A program made the position numbers and the translations under genes. The notes below the pieces were generated by a model, which was not told where the DNA came from, searched no databases, and saw only the letters and a list, made by a program, of their open reading frames with translations. DNA of 21,250 nucleotides. Origin: a virus (lineage: Duplodnaviria; Heunggongvirae; Uroviricota; Caudoviricetes). Of this stretch, positions 20,849-21,250 are shown in pieces. Where the stretch lies: the IMG/VR virus record IMGVR_UViG_2609459795_000004. One strand, 5' to 3'. The first letter of the stretch is position 1, and the number at the start of each line of letters is the position of its first letter.

Positions 20849-21250
20849 GTAAGCGTAAAGCCAATGCCGTCTGTAACACCTGCTCCTTGCAGACTAAATT
20901 AGAGCTCCTTCTAAATTAGACGGAGTTCTATTGATGGATAAACCTACAGACTGGCGCTCCGGAACCCGCCGGATATTTTCTAATGAATTTAAACTTCATA
21001 TGGTTGAACTGGCTTCGAAACCAAATGCCAATGTTGCACAACTGGCCCGGGAACATGGCGTTGATAACAACCTGATTTTTAAATGGCTACGCCTCTGGCA
21101 AAGAGAAGGACGTATTTCTCGTAGAATGCCTCCAACTATTGTAGGCCCTACAGTATCACAATCTTTTCCGACCTCTCCGACTCTGGTTCCAGTGGAACTT
21201 ATCGACACCCCGCGCTGTGCTACAGATGCTCCTGCTCCGGAGGCATTATC
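20849..21250 (+). mobile_element. Probable insertion sequence (IS66-family-like), left end only, truncated by the window edge
   Basis: GTAAGCG at 20849-20855 matches the typical start of IS66-family terminal inverted repeats. About 85 bp downstream an ORF begins with an N-terminal helix-turn-helix of the kind found in IS accessory (OrfA/TnpA) proteins. The sharp boundary immediately after the phage accessory gene fits an insertion. Family assignment is from memory. Confidence 0.55.
20934..21250 (+). CDS. IS accessory protein (TnpA/OrfA-like, helix-turn-helix), 3'-truncated by the window end
   Basis: ATG at 20934-20936 and an open frame to the window end (105 codons, no stop): MDKPTDWRSGTRRIFSNEFKLHMVELASKPNANVAQLAREHGVDNNLIFKWLRLWQREGRISRR.... 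The pattern RxFSxEFK ... VAxLARxHGV ... LxxWxR is the N-terminal HTH signature of IS transposase OrfA proteins. Absent from the ORF track because it has no stop in the window. Confidence 0.6.
   Translation, partial: MDKPTDWRSGTRRIFSNEFKLHMVELASKPNANVAQLAREHGVDNNLIFKWLRLWQREGRISRRMPPTIVGPTVSQSFPTSPTLVPVELIDTPRCATDAPAPEAL

Overview
Almost the whole window (about 1-19,870) is the late head-and-tail morphogenesis module of a phage lambda-like (lambdoid) genome, entirely on the minus strand and collinear with lambda: cos - nu1 - A - W - B - C/nu3 - D - E - FI - FII - Z - U - V - G/G-T - H - M - L - K - I - J - lom - stf (start only). Gene calls rest on my recollection of lambda protein sequences and gene order, plus start codons, ribosome-binding sites and overlaps read directly from the sequence; no database search was possible. 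I found no inserted cargo inside the structural module. The content that departs from canonical lambda is at the edges: (i) joined cohesive ends (cosN with cosB and the right-end sequence) at about 19,690-19,900, so the DNA is in prophage, circular or concatemer form; (ii) a J tail-tip protein whose C-terminal third differs from lambda J; (iii) two small plus-strand accessory ORFs right of cos, one strongly AT-rich; (iv) the left end of a probable IS66-family insertion sequence running off the right edge. I found no tRNA or rRNA genes and no CRISPR array. I did not find a previously undescribed multi-gene system; the right flank (20,069-21,250) is the best candidate for follow-up.
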